Virus record (IMG/VR): IMGVR_UViG_3300049489_001303 | Coordinates: 106,145 to 170,144 of that record | Source: a virus | Length of the DNA: 64,000 nt | Reading direction: 5' to 3' (one strand) | In this document: one piece after another, positions 55,124 to 63,308 of the stretch | Numbering within the stretch: the stretch's first letter is position 1 | Layout: the number at the start of each line of letters is the position of its first letter | Position numbers and translations under genes: made by a program | The notes under the pieces: generated by a model | Database searches by the model: none | What the model saw: only the letters and a program-made list of their open reading frames with translations | What the model was told of the DNA's origin: nothing

Positions 55124-55626
55124 TGCAACAGCCCCTTCAAGAGGTAACCACCGATAGCCGCTCCGGTGAGCATCGCTGCGATAATCCAGGGGCCGGCTTT
55201 CAGGATAATGTCTTTGGTTGTGGCTGTCGCCACTGCGGCGGCCATGCCGGGGTTATCGCGCATGTCATCGCGCCCACGGCCCCTCATATCGACGACACCG
55301 GTAACTTCTCCCCGCTCTTCCTGAATCTTTTCTTTGAAAGTCTCGACCTTCTTGAGGCGTGCGTTGATACCCCTATTGTCTTGTCGGGCTTGGCAAGTGG
55401 CCTGTTTCTCTTCCACGCTAGACACGCGGTTCTCTATGCGGGTCACATTTGTGTTGATGGCTGTAAGGGCTGTCTGTACGCCCCCGAGCTCCCTGGCAGT
55501 ATTCATGGACGCCGTCTGAACCTTCTCGAGCCCATTGTCTAACCTGTCTGCCGTGGTTTTGAACAGCAGCTGGTTGTCTGCATGATGCTGCTGGATCACT
55601 TTCAAGAGTTCGGCGATGTCTGACAT
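55120..55626 (-). CDS. Coiled-coil protein with C-terminal TM (holin/XhlA-like)
   Basis: Heptad region then WIIAAMLTGAAIGGYLL; GGAG RBS. Confidence 0.55.
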   Translation of the reverse strand: MSDIAELLKVIQQHHADNQLLFKTTADRLDNGLEKVQTASMNTARELGGVQTALTAINTNVTRIENRVSSVEEKQATCQARQDNRGINARLKKVETFKEKIQEERGEVTGVVDMRGRGRDDMRDNPGMAAAVATATTKDIILKAGPWIIAAMLTGAAIGGYLLKGLLQ

Positions 55627-55647
55627 AGCAATTATCTCCCCAAAACG

Positions 55648-56067
55648 TTACACGTTTTCGTTTCGGTCAGCTTTCCGACCGCCGAAGAGAGCTGCCCCCG
55701 CACCTAATCCCGCCAAACCACCACCTACGGCCTTACCCCAGCCGGGAAGTCTTTTCCAAGAATTTTTGATCCCCGATAGAAGACCCTTACCGGGTTCCTT
55801 TTTCGGTACCAGTGTTGCCTTCTCAGTCTTATTCAGGACTTCATTCACGCCTACTTTACCCTTGGATGCCTTAGCCTCAGTTACTGCAGCATCAAGACCT
55901 ATACGCTGGGCCTGGCTGGCACGTGTAGCAGCTGAACGACTCTTATATCGCGGATCAGCGTTTGCTCTGCCACCACCACGGTTTCCGCCGGTAGTACGGG
56001 CTTCTTTAATCAGAATGGCCTCCAAGGCCTCCAGGTAGGATTGGTCGGATGCTTCTTTAGTCCACAT
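55648..56067 (-). CDS. K-x-A leader protein (MWTKEA type) with glycine zipper
   Basis: MWTKEASDQSYLEALEAILIKEAR; GGGLAGLGAGAALFG. Confidence 0.7.
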   Translation of the reverse strand: MWTKEASDQSYLEALEAILIKEARTTGGNRGGGRANADPRYKSRSAATRASQAQRIGLDAAVTEAKASKGKVGVNEVLNKTEKATLVPKKEPGKGLLSGIKNSWKRLPGWGKAVGGGLAGLGAGAALFGGRKADRNENV

Positions 56068-56374
56068 GTGATGTCTCCCGAGGTGGCGGCGCCACCGACT
56101 TGCTTGCCTGTGACAATGATAGTACCTCATTGGTCAAGGACACAAGCAATAGTGCAATTTGATGTTGTCTTTCCATGTTACTGCGTAAAGCTGCAGCTAG
56201 CTCTTCCTCGTTACCTACCATGATCTGAACCTTTTCGTCCCGGGACGTTTCGATGCGGCGGCAGGTGTTATGCCATGCGTGAACACGCTGAACGTACGAC
56301 AGCGTAACCATTCCGAGGATCAGAATGCCCAGAAGCAGGAAGAAGAGGGCTAGTAAGATATAGATAGATGACAT
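56057..56374 (-). CDS. Membrane protein with N-terminal TM
   Basis: YILLALFFLLLGILILGMV; GGAG RBS; TATACT upstream. Confidence 0.55.
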   Translation of the reverse strand: MSSIYILLALFFLLLGILILGMVTLSYVQRVHAWHNTCRRIETSRDEKVQIMVGNEEELAAALRSNMERQHQIALLLVSLTNEVLSLSQASKSVAPPPRETSHVD

Positions 56375-56445
56375 AAGTAGCACTCCAGTGTCCCCCACAA
56401 AAGTCTCATATGCAAGTATACGGGAAAGGATTTACTGTTGATGCT

Positions 56446-57312
56446 TTAATCGAGGCCCAGGGTGCGATTTATGCTGTTCAGGGTGCTGGTGGTGGGCGCC
56501 AACTTGGCGTAGTGCTCAGCGAATGACCGCACAGTGGGAGCCAGGCGTATGTTATTCATTGCTGTCACGACATCCTGCGTGTTATTTAAAGCCCTGCCTG
56601 TGAGCTCCTGTGCGTTCGTGGTGAGTGCCCGGGATCTTCGAATCATGTTGGCATGGTGCAATGCCAGGCGCTGCAGGTGATGGTCGCGCCCATGCTGCAC
56701 TGCTCGAGTGATCTGACGAAGCTGGCTGTTGTAGCGGTGGGGATGCTCTTTGAGCATATCCTCTTCGGTCTTGAGGATCCCCTTCAAAAGGCTGTCATAC
56801 TCCAGCTGCGTATATTTCCGCTCGTTTGAGATACTGGCCGCAATGTTCTTGCTGATCAGCAACGGATCGACGTTGGGGGAGTGTTTGGCCATATCGGCGA
56901 TGGCATTGAAGCGGTGCTGGATATACAGGTCGCGATCAGCCTCAAAATCCTTTGTCCCAATGCTCAACTCCTCAAGCAACTTGTTGTAACCCTCTTGGGG
57001 GGACTTATTGAAGGCCTCGTAGTGGGCGGCAGCTCGATCGCTCCAAGGCTTAGCCTGCCCCACTGCCGCCATCACTTTCCCCAGGGGGCCTGAGCGGAGG
57101 TCTTTAATATACTCAAGACCTGTTGTGTCTTTGCCATCATACTTGACTGGCGCTGCAACCGCCGCATGGGACTTATTCATATAGTCCTGTATGGCCTGGT
57201 CGGGGTGGATCGCTTTGGGGATATTGGTCAAGTCCTGGATCTTCGCCTCTGTCGCGGGGTCATAGGTGACCGTGAGAATGTTTCCGGCGAGTTTGGTGTG
57301 GAGTTCGAGCAT
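56446..57312 (-). CDS. Helical protein with short K-x-A leader
   Basis: MLELHTKLAG; 288 aa. Confidence 0.6.
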   Translation of the reverse strand: MLELHTKLAGNILTVTYDPATEAKIQDLTNIPKAIHPDQAIQDYMNKSHAAVAAPVKYDGKDTTGLEYIKDLRSGPLGKVMAAVGQAKPWSDRAAAHYEAFNKSPQEGYNKLLEELSIGTKDFEADRDLYIQHRFNAIADMAKHSPNVDPLLISKNIAASISNERKYTQLEYDSLLKGILKTEEDMLKEHPHRYNSQLRQITRAVQHGRDHHLQRLALHHANMIRRSRALTTNAQELTGRALNNTQDVVTAMNNIRLAPTVRSFAEHYAKLAPTTSTLNSINRTLGLD

Positions 57313-57318
57313 TAGCCT

Positions 57319-57711
57319 CTAATCCCTGTCCTTCTTGCGTTTCTGTAACAATCGCCGAATGGCTAACCCACCACCAACGCCAGCGCCGATACCCGCCAAC
57401 GCTCCCAGGCCTTTACCCCGATTCAGCAGCTTCAGGTATTTCGCATGGGACATCGTCTTTTTGGGGAGCATCTCTGCCAATTCACGACGTGCGGGGTGCT
57501 TGGCAATCATCTTAAGCCCTTGTCGGCGATGCTTCATTGCTCTCATAGCCTTGCTGCTGTGAGCAACATGTTTACCGATGGCAGCGCCCGCGGCGCCACC
57601 AAGAAGACCTGTGCCGATGGGGGTTCCGACGATGGGTTTCTTGCGTTTTTCTTTAGCCACCTTCTCAAAAGCCTCAACGTAACACTGATCACAAGCTTCT
57701 TTAGTCCACAT
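57319..57711 (-). CDS. K-x-A leader protein (MWTKEA type), basic, two glycine zippers
   Basis: MWTKEACDQCYVEAFEKVAK; GLLGGAAGAAIG and GALAGIGAGVGGG; AGGAGG RBS. Confidence 0.7.
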   Translation of the reverse strand: MWTKEACDQCYVEAFEKVAKEKRKKPIVGTPIGTGLLGGAAGAAIGKHVAHSSKAMRAMKHRRQGLKMIAKHPARRELAEMLPKKTMSHAKYLKLLNRGKGLGALAGIGAGVGGGLAIRRLLQKRKKDRD

Positions 57712-57826
57712 GATGTTTCCCTCCTTAGGGGGGGGGTAGAAGTTACTGGGTAAAGTATAGGGCGGATGGGTCGCGTTGGCAAAAAGAAAGCGCTGTCTCA
57801 CGACAGTGCTTCTTCCGAGTTGCCTT

Positions 57827-58081
57827 CTACAGGCAGATGGCGCGAATCTCACGAGTGAGATCACTGGGGGTGTGGGTGGGCTCGCAGTCTTCACTATGGG
57901 CCCAGTAGAAGCTCTTTCCAGAGATCGTGACCCCACACTTCTCCGGAAGGGGAAGTGCAGTCTCCGCTCTGTTGAGCTTGAAGTGATGGGTGAAGTTTCC
58001 TTGAGTTTCCTCACGGACTTCGTCGAGCCACGCCGCGGCTGCGGCCCGACTATCAAACGTCGCTGTCATGTGTTTGGGCAT
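57827..58081 (-). CDS. Hypothetical protein
   Basis: AGGAGG upstream; TGGTATAAG on the minus strand at 58137-58145. Confidence 0.5.
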   Translation of the reverse strand: MPKHMTATFDSRAAAAAWLDEVREETQGNFTHHFKLNRAETALPLPEKCGVTISGKSFYWAHSEDCEPTHTPSDLTREIRAICL

Positions 58082-58193
58082 GCCTGCCCTCCTTATAAGG
58101 TTGCAATCAAAGAACCGTTCTCTGATTGACTATCTTCTTATACCAAATATCGTACATGTATACGCATGGATCTATTAAATACCGCGGGTGGAA

Positions 58194-58221
58194 TTGGTAT
58201 AAGATGTTAACAACAAAACAA
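58194..58221 (+). promoter_or_regulatory. Phage promoter-like element TTGGTATAAG-nn-GTTAACAACAAAACAA (copy 1)
   Basis: Near-identical copy at 59723-59750; both precede an RBS and ATG. Confidence 0.6.
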
Positions 58222-58252
58222 CTGGGCATTGAACTGCCCGAGGAGAATGACA

Positions 58253-59236
58253 ATGAAACTGAAACACGTTTGGATACTTTGGATCCTGGTCGCCGGCTGT
58301 GATGCTGGCACGATTGGAAGTCTTGAAGAAGACACTGGCACCGAAACAGATGTGGATACGGACAGTGATGCGGACAGTGATGCGGACAGTGATGCGGACA
58401 GTGATGCGGACACTGATGCGGACGCTGACACTGATGCCGACACTGATGCCGACACTGATGCCGACGCTGACACTGATGCCGACACTGATGCCGACGCTGA
58501 CACTGATGCCGACGCTGATGCTGACGCTGATGCTGACAGCGACATTGATACGGACACTGGCGTTGACACTGTAGACACTGAATCGGAAACGGACACTGGC
58601 GTTGATACCGTTGACACCGGGGCAGATGCTGATACCGACACGGACAGCGACACTGACAGCGACACGGACAGCGACACTGACAGCGACACGGACAGCGACA
58701 CTGACAGCGACACGGACAGCGACACTGACAGCGACACTGACAGCGACACTGACACAGATGCGGATGTGTGCACCCTCAATGAGACTGAGACCTTTGACAC
58801 CAACCTCGGGGAGTGGGTGCCGACGGCGGTGTTCCCCACCATCTACCCATCCCACTGGGCTTGGTCGGGGGATACCGTCAACTACACCGGGGAAGCTCGG
58901 GCAGTGGGTTCTTCCTATGGCGTGGACACGCTCGTGTCTCCGCTCTACACCGTTGGTGGGTGTGGTAGCGTGACGATCCAGTACTCCCAGAAGTACACCT
59001 CATCATCCTCAGCTGGCTACGCCATAATGTCGTTCAGCGTTGGGGATAGTGGGGTGTGGGTGGAGGCGTGGAGGGTTAGTGGGTTGGCCTCTGCGGCCAC
59101 GCCGTACACAACCATAACCAAGCGGCTCTTCGATTACCTGCCCGCCGGGACACAAACCTTCCGAATCAGATTCGGGCTGAACACCTCGCTCGCAATTCTG
59201 CGGGTGGACAACGTCCATGTTCGGGGTGCTCTATGA
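58253..59236 (+). CDS. Lipoprotein with long Asp-[Ser/Thr/Ala] repeat stalk and C-terminal beta-sandwich
   Basis: MKLKHVWILWILVAG-C lipobox; DSDADTD repeats; jelly-roll-like C-terminus (FRIRFG..VDNV). Confidence 0.8.
   Translation: MKLKHVWILWILVAGCDAGTIGSLEEDTGTETDVDTDSDADSDADSDADSDADTDADADTDADTDADTDADADTDADTDADADTDADADADADADSDIDTDTGVDTVDTESETDTGVDTVDTGADADTDTDSDTDSDTDSDTDSDTDSDTDSDTDSDTDSDTDSDTDTDADVCTLNETETFDTNLGEWVPTAVFPTIYPSHWAWSGDTVNYTGEARAVGSSYGVDTLVSPLYTVGGCGSVTIQYSQKYTSSSSAGYAIMSFSVGDSGVWVEAWRVSGLASAATPYTTITKRLFDYLPAGTQTFRIRFGLNTSLAILRVDNVHVRGAL
58355..58765 (+). repeat. Coding tandem 6/12-bp repeats (D-x dipeptides)
   Basis: GACAGTGATGCG, GACACTGATGCC and GACAGCGACAC[GT] arrays. 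Confidence 0.9.
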
Positions 59237-59445
59237 AAACCCTACATCCCGCGGCCCTGGACACTCCCAGCTTCAACCTCACCAAGGAAACCAAGAATGG
59301 TCGTGGGGATGGAGCTGGGTTTGGGTTCCGTTATGGGGCTGGGATGGGGACTGGAACCCTGGCGGATAACAGCCTCGACGGTGATGGGGGCGGGAAACCC
59401 CTGTCACGGGGAAACACTGTGAACGGTTGGGGGCCGGAGAAATGA
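59233..59445 (+). CDS. Glycine-rich microprotein B1
   Basis: MKTL..GRGDGAGFGFRYGAGMGTG. Confidence 0.7.
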   Translation: MKTLHPAALDTPSFNLTKETKNGRGDGAGFGFRYGAGMGTGTLADNSLDGDGGGKPLSRGNTVNGWGPEK

Positions 59446-59675
59446 AAACCCTCAACATTCTCAGCCCCGATTCCAATGAAGACCGCTTTATCAGTAGAAT
59501 GCGTTGTGAACACATGGGAGAGGGATTTGGTGACGGCAATGAGTTTGGACGTAGCGACTTTGCGTCAGTTGGGAATGGGCGGGGTTATGGGGTTCCAACG
59601 CATCGAACAGTCATGATTGCGTTCCGCGGGGACGGCCACTCAGAGGAGCTACGCCGTCCGTACATTATCGAATGA
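59442..59675 (+). CDS. Glycine-rich microprotein B2
   Basis: MKTL..GEGFGDG..GNGRGYG..RGDG. Confidence 0.65.
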   Translation: MKTLNILSPDSNEDRFISRMRCEHMGEGFGDGNEFGRSDFASVGNGRGYGVPTHRTVMIAFRGDGHSEELRRPYIIE

Positions 59676-59722
59676 CCTTAAAGCACATCACCTCTCGTGG
59701 TGTGCTTCTTTTTGCCCCATCC

Positions 59723-59750
59723 TTGGTATAAGGAGTTAACAACAAAACAA
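59723..59750 (+). promoter_or_regulatory. Phage promoter-like element (copy 2)
   Basis: TTGGTATAAGGAGTTAACAACAAAACAA followed by GGAGG. Confidence 0.6.
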
Positions 59751-59760
59751 GGAGGTCGTC

Positions 59761-59931
59761 ATGATACTGCAGCTGATAACCCTCAACACCCTGTTCGTAA
59801 CTGCCATCATAACCCACGGAAGCCTGTGGGGGGTTTGCCTGATGCTTCTAGCGCCGATCCCGGTGCTGGTTCGAAAGCAGCGGGAGTGGGATGCCTATGA
59901 TCGTCTCAATGGAAGGTGGCAGAGGAACTAG
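59761..59931 (+). CDS. 56-aa hydrophobic peptide
   Basis: GGAGG RBS; MILQLITLNTLFVTAIITHGSLWGVCLMLLAPIPVLVRKQ... Confidence 0.55.
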   Translation: MILQLITLNTLFVTAIITHGSLWGVCLMLLAPIPVLVRKQREWDAYDRLNGRWQRN

Positions 59932-59957
59932 AAGAGGCTTTGGGCTTCTTCTTTTTG
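59930..59957 (+). terminator. Probable intrinsic terminator between convergent genes
   Basis: AGAAGAGGC/GCTTCTTCT stem followed by a T run. Confidence 0.5.
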
Positions 59958-59958
59958 C

Positions 59959-61005
59959 TCAGCGGTTGATAGGTCCTCGAAAGGTCATTCCGCGGCTGGC
60001 ACGGTCGTTGTAGGTGGGGGTGGTGTCGGGGCTACCTACTTGAGCGCGGCTACGTAGAAGCCCGCGATCGGCCCGGCTGGTTGGGGTGGTTTGGTTGTTG
60101 GGGACCGTGGGAACTGCCGGCGTTGTTGGGGCTATTGCCCCGGGTGTGTAGTTGTTGGTTGGCGCCACGCTCATGCTGGTACCAGTCATCGCCCTTGAAG
60201 GCTCCACCCTGCTCATACTCGACAAACCAGCACCAACTCCCGCACCCGTTGCAGCCGTCATAGCTAAAGGCACTGCTTTATTGACAGCCGTGGTTGACGC
60301 TCCATCCGGCGCATTGCCTCGTGGGGGATCATACGTGGCCTTGTTCAGGATGGCTTCCTCTTTATCCTGAAAGTGCCTTATGGGATTAACAAACGTCCTA
60401 TCCTGTGGGGACTTTACGGCCTGTCGAGTCTCGTGCTGCAACAAGCTCTGCGCCTTGGGCACGTTACTTGGATTAAATATGGGTTGCGTAGGATCCGACG
60501 AATAGTCGAAAGACTGTTGAGGCTTTGGGGCCGCTGGGGCGGTGCGTGGCTGTCTGTTGGGGAGTACCCCAGTAGCATCCATCGCGGAGATCGCCGCATT
60601 AGCTGCCGGGGCTTTCTTTTTGGCGGCTTCTGCAGCATCATCGGCCGCCTGCAAAAACTTACGGCGATCCTTGATCTCCGCAAAGCTTTTGGGCCCACCC
60701 TCAGCAACCTGTGTGGGCTCCGGCGCTCTGCTGAACAACCCCTGCAGCTTACTTTTATATCCCTGAAGCACCCCGGGGACTTCACTCAGAACACCACGTG
60801 CCGCGGGCAAAGTGGCCTTTAGTGTCTGGGTTGCTTCTGGAGCCTTCCCTATGCCGCCGCCCATCGCAACACCCATGTTATCGACCCAGTCACTATTGGG
60901 TCCAAACCCCAAGGTGTCGGCGCCACGATTAAGGGCTGATACGAAGTCACCCTCAGCTATTTTAGCCAGGGTCTGGTGCGCAATCTGGCGGGCTGTCTTT
61001 ATCAC
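59959..61005 (-). CDS. K-x-A leader protein, Pro/Ala/Thr-rich low complexity
   Basis: (V)IKTARQIAHQTLAKIAE; AATGAGVGAGL. Confidence 0.7.
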   Translation of the reverse strand: MIKTARQIAHQTLAKIAEGDFVSALNRGADTLGFGPNSDWVDNMGVAMGGGIGKAPEATQTLKATLPAARGVLSEVPGVLQGYKSKLQGLFSRAPEPTQVAEGGPKSFAEIKDRRKFLQAADDAAEAAKKKAPAANAAISAMDATGVLPNRQPRTAPAAPKPQQSFDYSSDPTQPIFNPSNVPKAQSLLQHETRQAVKSPQDRTFVNPIRHFQDKEEAILNKATYDPPRGNAPDGASTTAVNKAVPLAMTAATGAGVGAGLSSMSRVEPSRAMTGTSMSVAPTNNYTPGAIAPTTPAVPTVPNNQTTPTSRADRGLLRSRAQVGSPDTTPTYNDRASRGMTFRGPINR

Positions 61006-61211
61006 AACGTCCCACTCGTAGCGCCACCGGGGGCGGAGGGGGTGGTGGCTTTGGCAGAGGTTCCGCCCATGCTGCCCTTAACACCCTTGAACAGATCCCC
61101 TTTGGCCGATTGGCTGTTGCCAATCACCTTCCCGATGCGGATGGGGGGTTCTGCGGCAACTGCCATTTTGGTCAGGACGTCTTGTGCTATTTGTTTTGCT
61201 GTCTTCAACAT
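61002..61211 (-). CDS. Small K-x-A leader protein
   Basis: MLKTAKQIAQDVLTKMAV; 69 aa. Confidence 0.7.
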   Translation of the reverse strand: MLKTAKQIAQDVLTKMAVAAEPPIRIGKVIGNSQSAKGDLFKGVKGSMGGTSAKATTPSAPGGATSGTL

Positions 61212-61231
61212 GTCCTCAAGTATACGCCACC

Positions 61232-61266
61232 AAAAGAAAACCGCACACCCTTTTTCAAGGGGTGCA
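61232..61266 (-). terminator. Probable intrinsic terminator
   Basis: GCACCCC/GGGTGTGC stem then TTTTCTTTT on the minus strand. Confidence 0.55.
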
Positions 61267-61274
61267 GCTTCTCT

Positions 61275-61730
61275 TTATCTATAGGCTATGGTGAGGCTGA
61301 TGTCGAGGGCACAACACAGGTTGTTGATTTCGGTGGGGTTAACCTTCCGCGACGCCGCGGCGAGGAGGGTTTGTTGGACGGCGTGCAGCACCTGGCGGGT
61401 GGCTTCGATATCTTTACCACACAGCGGCCCACACTCGAGAACGTCGATGAGGTGGGCGAGGTGCTCGGATGTTCGGGCGGTATCGCCGGCGGGTTTGTTG
61501 TTGGTGGCGACGGTGAGAAGCATGTCTTCGTAGAATGACGCTACGAATTCAAGCTCATCATCGTACCAGTCATACAGGCTGTCGCACTCCTCGCCGAGGA
61601 TCAGCTCGAGCCGGGCAAGTCGCTTGGTGTGTTCATCCAGTGTGTATTCAGATGTGTGTTCAGGTACGATACCCGCATAATGCATCTCAAGCACGGAACT
61701 GGCTTGGGTCAGTATTCTTTCACGGTTCAC
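61275..61730 (-). CDS. Hypothetical protein
   Basis: 151 aa; GGAGG RBS with GTG start. Confidence 0.6.
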   Translation of the reverse strand: MNRERILTQASSVLEMHYAGIVPEHTSEYTLDEHTKRLARLELILGEECDSLYDWYDDELEFVASFYEDMLLTVATNNKPAGDTARTSEHLAHLIDVLECGPLCGKDIEATRQVLHAVQQTLLAAASRKVNPTEINNLCCALDISLTIAYR

Positions 61731-61884
61731 GTTTAACCTCCGGCAATCTGATTTGCTTCATTTTTGGGGGCGCATCAATGTCATCCTCGATGAGGATACG
61801 CTGTTGCATCCGAACCTCAACAATTGCTTCATCCAACTTCTTCATGGCTTTCTCGAGCTTCTTGATCTGTGCTTCTCGGGTCAT
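61720..61884 (-). CDS. Small coiled-coil protein (54 aa)
   Basis: MTREAQIKKLEKAMKKLDEAI...; ATGA overlap. Confidence 0.5.
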   Translation of the reverse strand: MTREAQIKKLEKAMKKLDEAIVEVRMQQRILIEDDIDAPPKMKQIRLPEVKREP

Positions 61885-62363
61885 GCTTCCATCACCTCCC
61901 CCGACGCGCCGGCCATACCACGCACGTTGAGATCCAGCAATCGGGTCTGCACTGTATAGAAAGCTTTCGCCTCATCGGGATCCAGGAGAAGCATGGACTC
62001 TCCTTTGGCTATGGCTTCTGCCACTTTGATGAACAGCTTGACCTCACTGTCCGTTGCGCCGCTGCGGTGTAACAGGATTGCAAGGTTGGCCGCTTCCTCG
62101 GGGGTGTACCGCGGCATGGGCTCGTACTGAATATCACTCTCCATCCTGGCGGCCATCACCACAAACAGCTTTGTGAGCGTGAGTTGGTCTTCAGCGTCCA
62201 AGCCCTCGGTGGGTGGGTCGTCACCCCGCAGGATCGCTGGGAGGTATTTGTCCACCACTGCCATTTCCTTCTCGTCAAACCCACAATCGACGCAGATCTT
62301 CCTGAGCCTGGGGATGAAAACCTCCAGCTCCGACGGATCGGTGGGTATCAATTTATTTTGCAT
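61881..62363 (-). CDS. Hypothetical protein
   Basis: Acidic helical ORF in operon. Confidence 0.6.
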   Translation of the reverse strand: MQNKLIPTDPSELEVFIPRLRKICVDCGFDEKEMAVVDKYLPAILRGDDPPTEGLDAEDQLTLTKLFVVMAARMESDIQYEPMPRYTPEEAANLAILLHRSGATDSEVKLFIKVAEAIAKGESMLLLDPDEAKAFYTVQTRLLDLNVRGMAGASGEVMEA

Positions 62364-62793
62364 CTCTCTTCCCTTTCGCATTTAACAGCAAATGCAAACC
62401 CTTTAAAAGCTTGAGTGCTTTGCGGCACGCCTCCTCGTCGAACATCCCCACGTGGCAATCATCTATTGAGATCCCCATGCGAGTTGCCAGCCACCTGTAG
62501 GCGTGATCACGCCCCCACCCAAGTCTCCCCCATAGAATGTCGAAACGATCATGTACTCTGGAACGAAGAGCACGCAGCTTTCTATCAGCCAGCGTGCCCA
62601 TGGGCTCTACCCCCGTGAAGTTAAACTCAGCGTTTTTACGGTGTGCTTTAACAAAAGCTTCGCAAGGTACACAGACCCAGTAATGGGATCCACTTTGCGC
62701 TTTGACAAACGCTGGCATAAACTCAGCAGCGAAGAAATCAGCTTCCTTCTGACAGTAGGGACAGAGCACTATCGGCATGGTCACGTTCTGCAT
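62353..62793 (-). CDS. DUF3268-like zinc-finger protein
   Basis: CPYC..WVC.PC.A.V.AH..PMGTLA..LR.LR..H..FD.LW..AY.WLA..MG..CHVGMFD. Confidence 0.85.
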   Translation of the reverse strand: MQNVTMPIVLCPYCQKEADFFAAEFMPAFVKAQSGSHYWVCVPCEAFVKAHRKNAEFNFTGVEPMGTLADRKLRALRSRVHDRFDILWGRLGWGRDHAYRWLATRMGISIDDCHVGMFDEEACRKALKLLKGLHLLLNAKGKRDAK

Positions 62794-62797
62794 AATA

Positions 62798-62929
62798 CTA
62801 TCCGCTTACTTGCTCTTCCTGATCAGCTTGCGCATCTTTACTCTCTTTCGCGGGGGGTTCAGTCCCCACCATCGCATCAATCATCCGCCCCAACAGGGCT
62901 TCAGCCTCATCTACAAATCTTTGGAACAT
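62798..62929 (-). CDS. Small hypothetical protein (43 aa)
   Basis: AGGAG RBS; MFQRFVDEAE. Confidence 0.45.
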   Translation of the reverse strand: MFQRFVDEAEALLGRMIDAMVGTEPPAKESKDAQADQEEQVSG

Positions 62930-63027
62930 GGCCACTTCTCCTTTCTGTGATCGAGTAGAACATACAGCGCACCCACCACCAACAGGGCGAGGGTGCACAG
63001 TATGTATTCGCGTTTTGTAAGTTTCAT
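62911..63027 (-). CDS. 38-aa single-TM peptide
   Basis: MKLTKREYILCTLALLVVGALYVLLDHRKEK...; ATGA overlap with C1. Confidence 0.55.
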   Translation of the reverse strand: MKLTKREYILCTLALLVVGALYVLLDHRKEKWPCSKDL

Positions 63028-63308
63028 GATTGCACTCTCAACTCCAGGCCGATGGGTGGTGAAGCAGCCCCACTCAGAGCGACACCGTTGCCCCTCAAGT
63101 GTTCATACCGCACGGAAAATCGCAGGCTCGACTCTATCACGCCGTAGCCTGAGCCATCTATCACACCACTGCTTCCCGTTCCTTTGCCGTTACCTCTGTC
63201 GCTGTTATGTATCCCCACAGAGTTACAATCTCCCATCCCATAGCCCTCTGCTATCTGCGTGGAGTGGCCTGTTGTCATCAGCTCGCTGAAGCTCAGGATC
63301 AGTTGCAT
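63024..63308 (-). CDS. Glycine-rich microprotein C1
   Basis: MQLI..RGNGKGTGSSG..RGNG. Confidence 0.65.
   Translation of the reverse strand: MQLILSFSELMTTGHSTQIAEGYGMGDCNSVGIHNSDRGNGKGTGSSGVIDGSGYGVIESSLRFSVRYEHLRGNGVALSGAASPPIGLELRVQS

Noticed and set aside
58355-58765. Possible CRISPR array
   Set aside because: The repeats are 6/12-bp in-frame coding units without unique spacers.
58175-58855. Minus-strand SV/SA-repeat ORFs
   Set aside because: Antisense shadows of the Asp-repeat lipoprotein.
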